Assembly (NCBI RefSeq): GCF_963921235.1
Contig: NC_086108.1
Location: 73,348,001-73,412,000, forward strand
Source: Mobula hypostoma
Taxonomy: Eukaryota
DNA: 64,000 bases
Direction: 5' to 3'
Below the pieces are notes generated by a model. The model made no database searches, had not been told where the DNA came from, and saw only the letters and a list, made by a program, of their open reading frames with translations. Below, piece by piece: positions 62,786-64,000 of this stretch. Position 1 is the stretch's first letter; the number at the start of each line of letters is the position of its first letter. The translations under genes and the position numbers were made by a program.

Positions 62786-63366
62786 CTATGTTGCACAAAG
62801 TATCTTCCACATTCTCAGACATTTCATCTTATTTTTGAACAGAGTTGTTTCCTGGGAATCGGTTTAATTATTTGGTCTGATGACTTATGCAAAACCACAC
62901 TCGGAGCCGCCCTTATTGACAGAATCAGTTTTTCTCCAATTTTATGGGGCTTTCCAGATTTAACAACGAGCAATGAAATGTTGTGTGAAACATGCCACCA
63001 TTGTTTTGTGAAGTGCTAGCAAGCATGTTTTGAAGTGTTTTTTATTTATGAAACTTTTCAGGAGGTGACTGAAAATAAGCCAAGTTCTTTTTTGTTTTAT
63101 CAAAGCGTATTCTCTTCAAATGTTCAAGGAGCATGAACAGTTTCATTGCCTCATTTGAAAAAAAACATTTTCACACAACAAATATATTGGCTGCTGTTGG
63201 TTGCTTGGTGCTGTCATAAATTTATATTTCAGATACTCCACACTATATTGTCTACATTTCTTTTCAGTTTGGTCTTCTTCTGCCATTTTCATTAGAGATT
63301 AATTACCATGGTCAATCTCTGAGCCAATTAATCCTTAGATACTGTTGTTTGTCCAACCTCAAGCAC

Positions 63367-63512
63367 TGTGATTATTAAGTTATGATGTCACGGATTGTGA
63401 TTAAAGTTATGATGTCATGATGTATGTGATTGATAAAGTTATGATGTCATTATGTATGTGATTGATAATGTTATGATGTCATGTGTATGTGATTGATAGT
63501 TATGATGTCATG
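63367..63512. repeat. Minisatellite, ~5 copies of a ~30-bp unit
   Basis: Unit approx. TGTGATTGATAAAGTTATGATGTCATGATGTA. Confidence 0.85.
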
Positions 63513-64000
63513 TTTGTTTTATTAATAGCATTTGATAAGGTGAAACACAGTTATTTGAAATATTACAGGAAACTCAGCTCTAGATTCGAAAGACCTCCAC
63601 CTAATCAGAAATCTGTACTGGGAACAAACTGCCGCTGTAAGAATAGATGGAGAAGTGAGTCAGTTTACGAAAATTAAGAGAGGCGTTAGACAAGGGGGTG
63701 TTTTCTCCCCTGATTTGTTTAATGTGTACAGTGAGACAATATTACAAAAAATAAGAGACATCTTGGGTATCAAAGTTGGCGGTGAAAACATCAATAATTT
63801 TAGATATGCGGATGACGCTGTGTTAATTGCAAGTACGGAGGAAGAACTACAAAACTTAATCGATATAGTTGTTGAAGAAGGCGCTTAAATGGGTCTATCT
63901 ATCAATTGCAAAAAGACAGAATGTATGATGATATCCAAAAAGAAAGAGAATCCTATCTGCAGGCTGAGAATAAACGGGGAAGACATACAACAAGTACAGA
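63513..64000 (+). mobile_element. RTE-clade LINE RT fragment (runs off the window)
   Basis: AFDKVKH, IRNLYWEQTAAVR, RGVRQGGVFSPDLFNVYSE, RYADD. Confidence 0.88.

Noticed and set aside
63367..63512. CRISPR-like array
   Set aside because: Adjacent degenerate units without unique spacers; eukaryotic context; no cas genes
1..64000. Prokaryotic systems (operons, retrons, DGRs) suggested by the many RT ORFs
   Set aside because: All RTs carry CR1, Rex, RTE, L1 or Penelope signatures with eukaryotic tails and TSDs; there is no gene-dense organisation

Overview
Eukaryotic, repeat-dominated, intronic/intergenic DNA. The repeat set (CR1 LINEs with (TCTTATGG)n tails, Penelope pseudo-LTRs, V-SINE/HE1-like SINEs, Rex/Babar and RTE LINEs) suggests a cartilaginous fish, probably a ray; this is an inference. 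I could not identify any host protein-coding gene: nearly every long ORF is a retroelement or transposase remnant or its antisense shadow. Main contents: one apparently full-length CR1 (12413-16650) with zinc-finger/SGNH-esterase ORF1 and APE-RT ORF2; about ten partial CR1s; several Rex/Babar LINEs; RTE and L1-clade fragments; a Penelope element with inverted pLTRs carrying hammerhead ribozyme motifs; solo LTRs; hAT, Chapaev3-like and Tc1-derived DNA transposons; and tRNA-derived SINEs, often nested. The most striking observation is a canonical U_UUA_AAC -1 frameshift heptamer exactly at the CR1 ORF1/ORF2 overlap. Also notable are the Penelope hammerhead motifs (including a 201-bp palindromic mini-element with TSD) and a tail-less L1 fragment flanked by a 27-bp duplication. 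Boundaries backed by TSDs/TIRs were counted by hand; the others are approximate. I ran no database searches.
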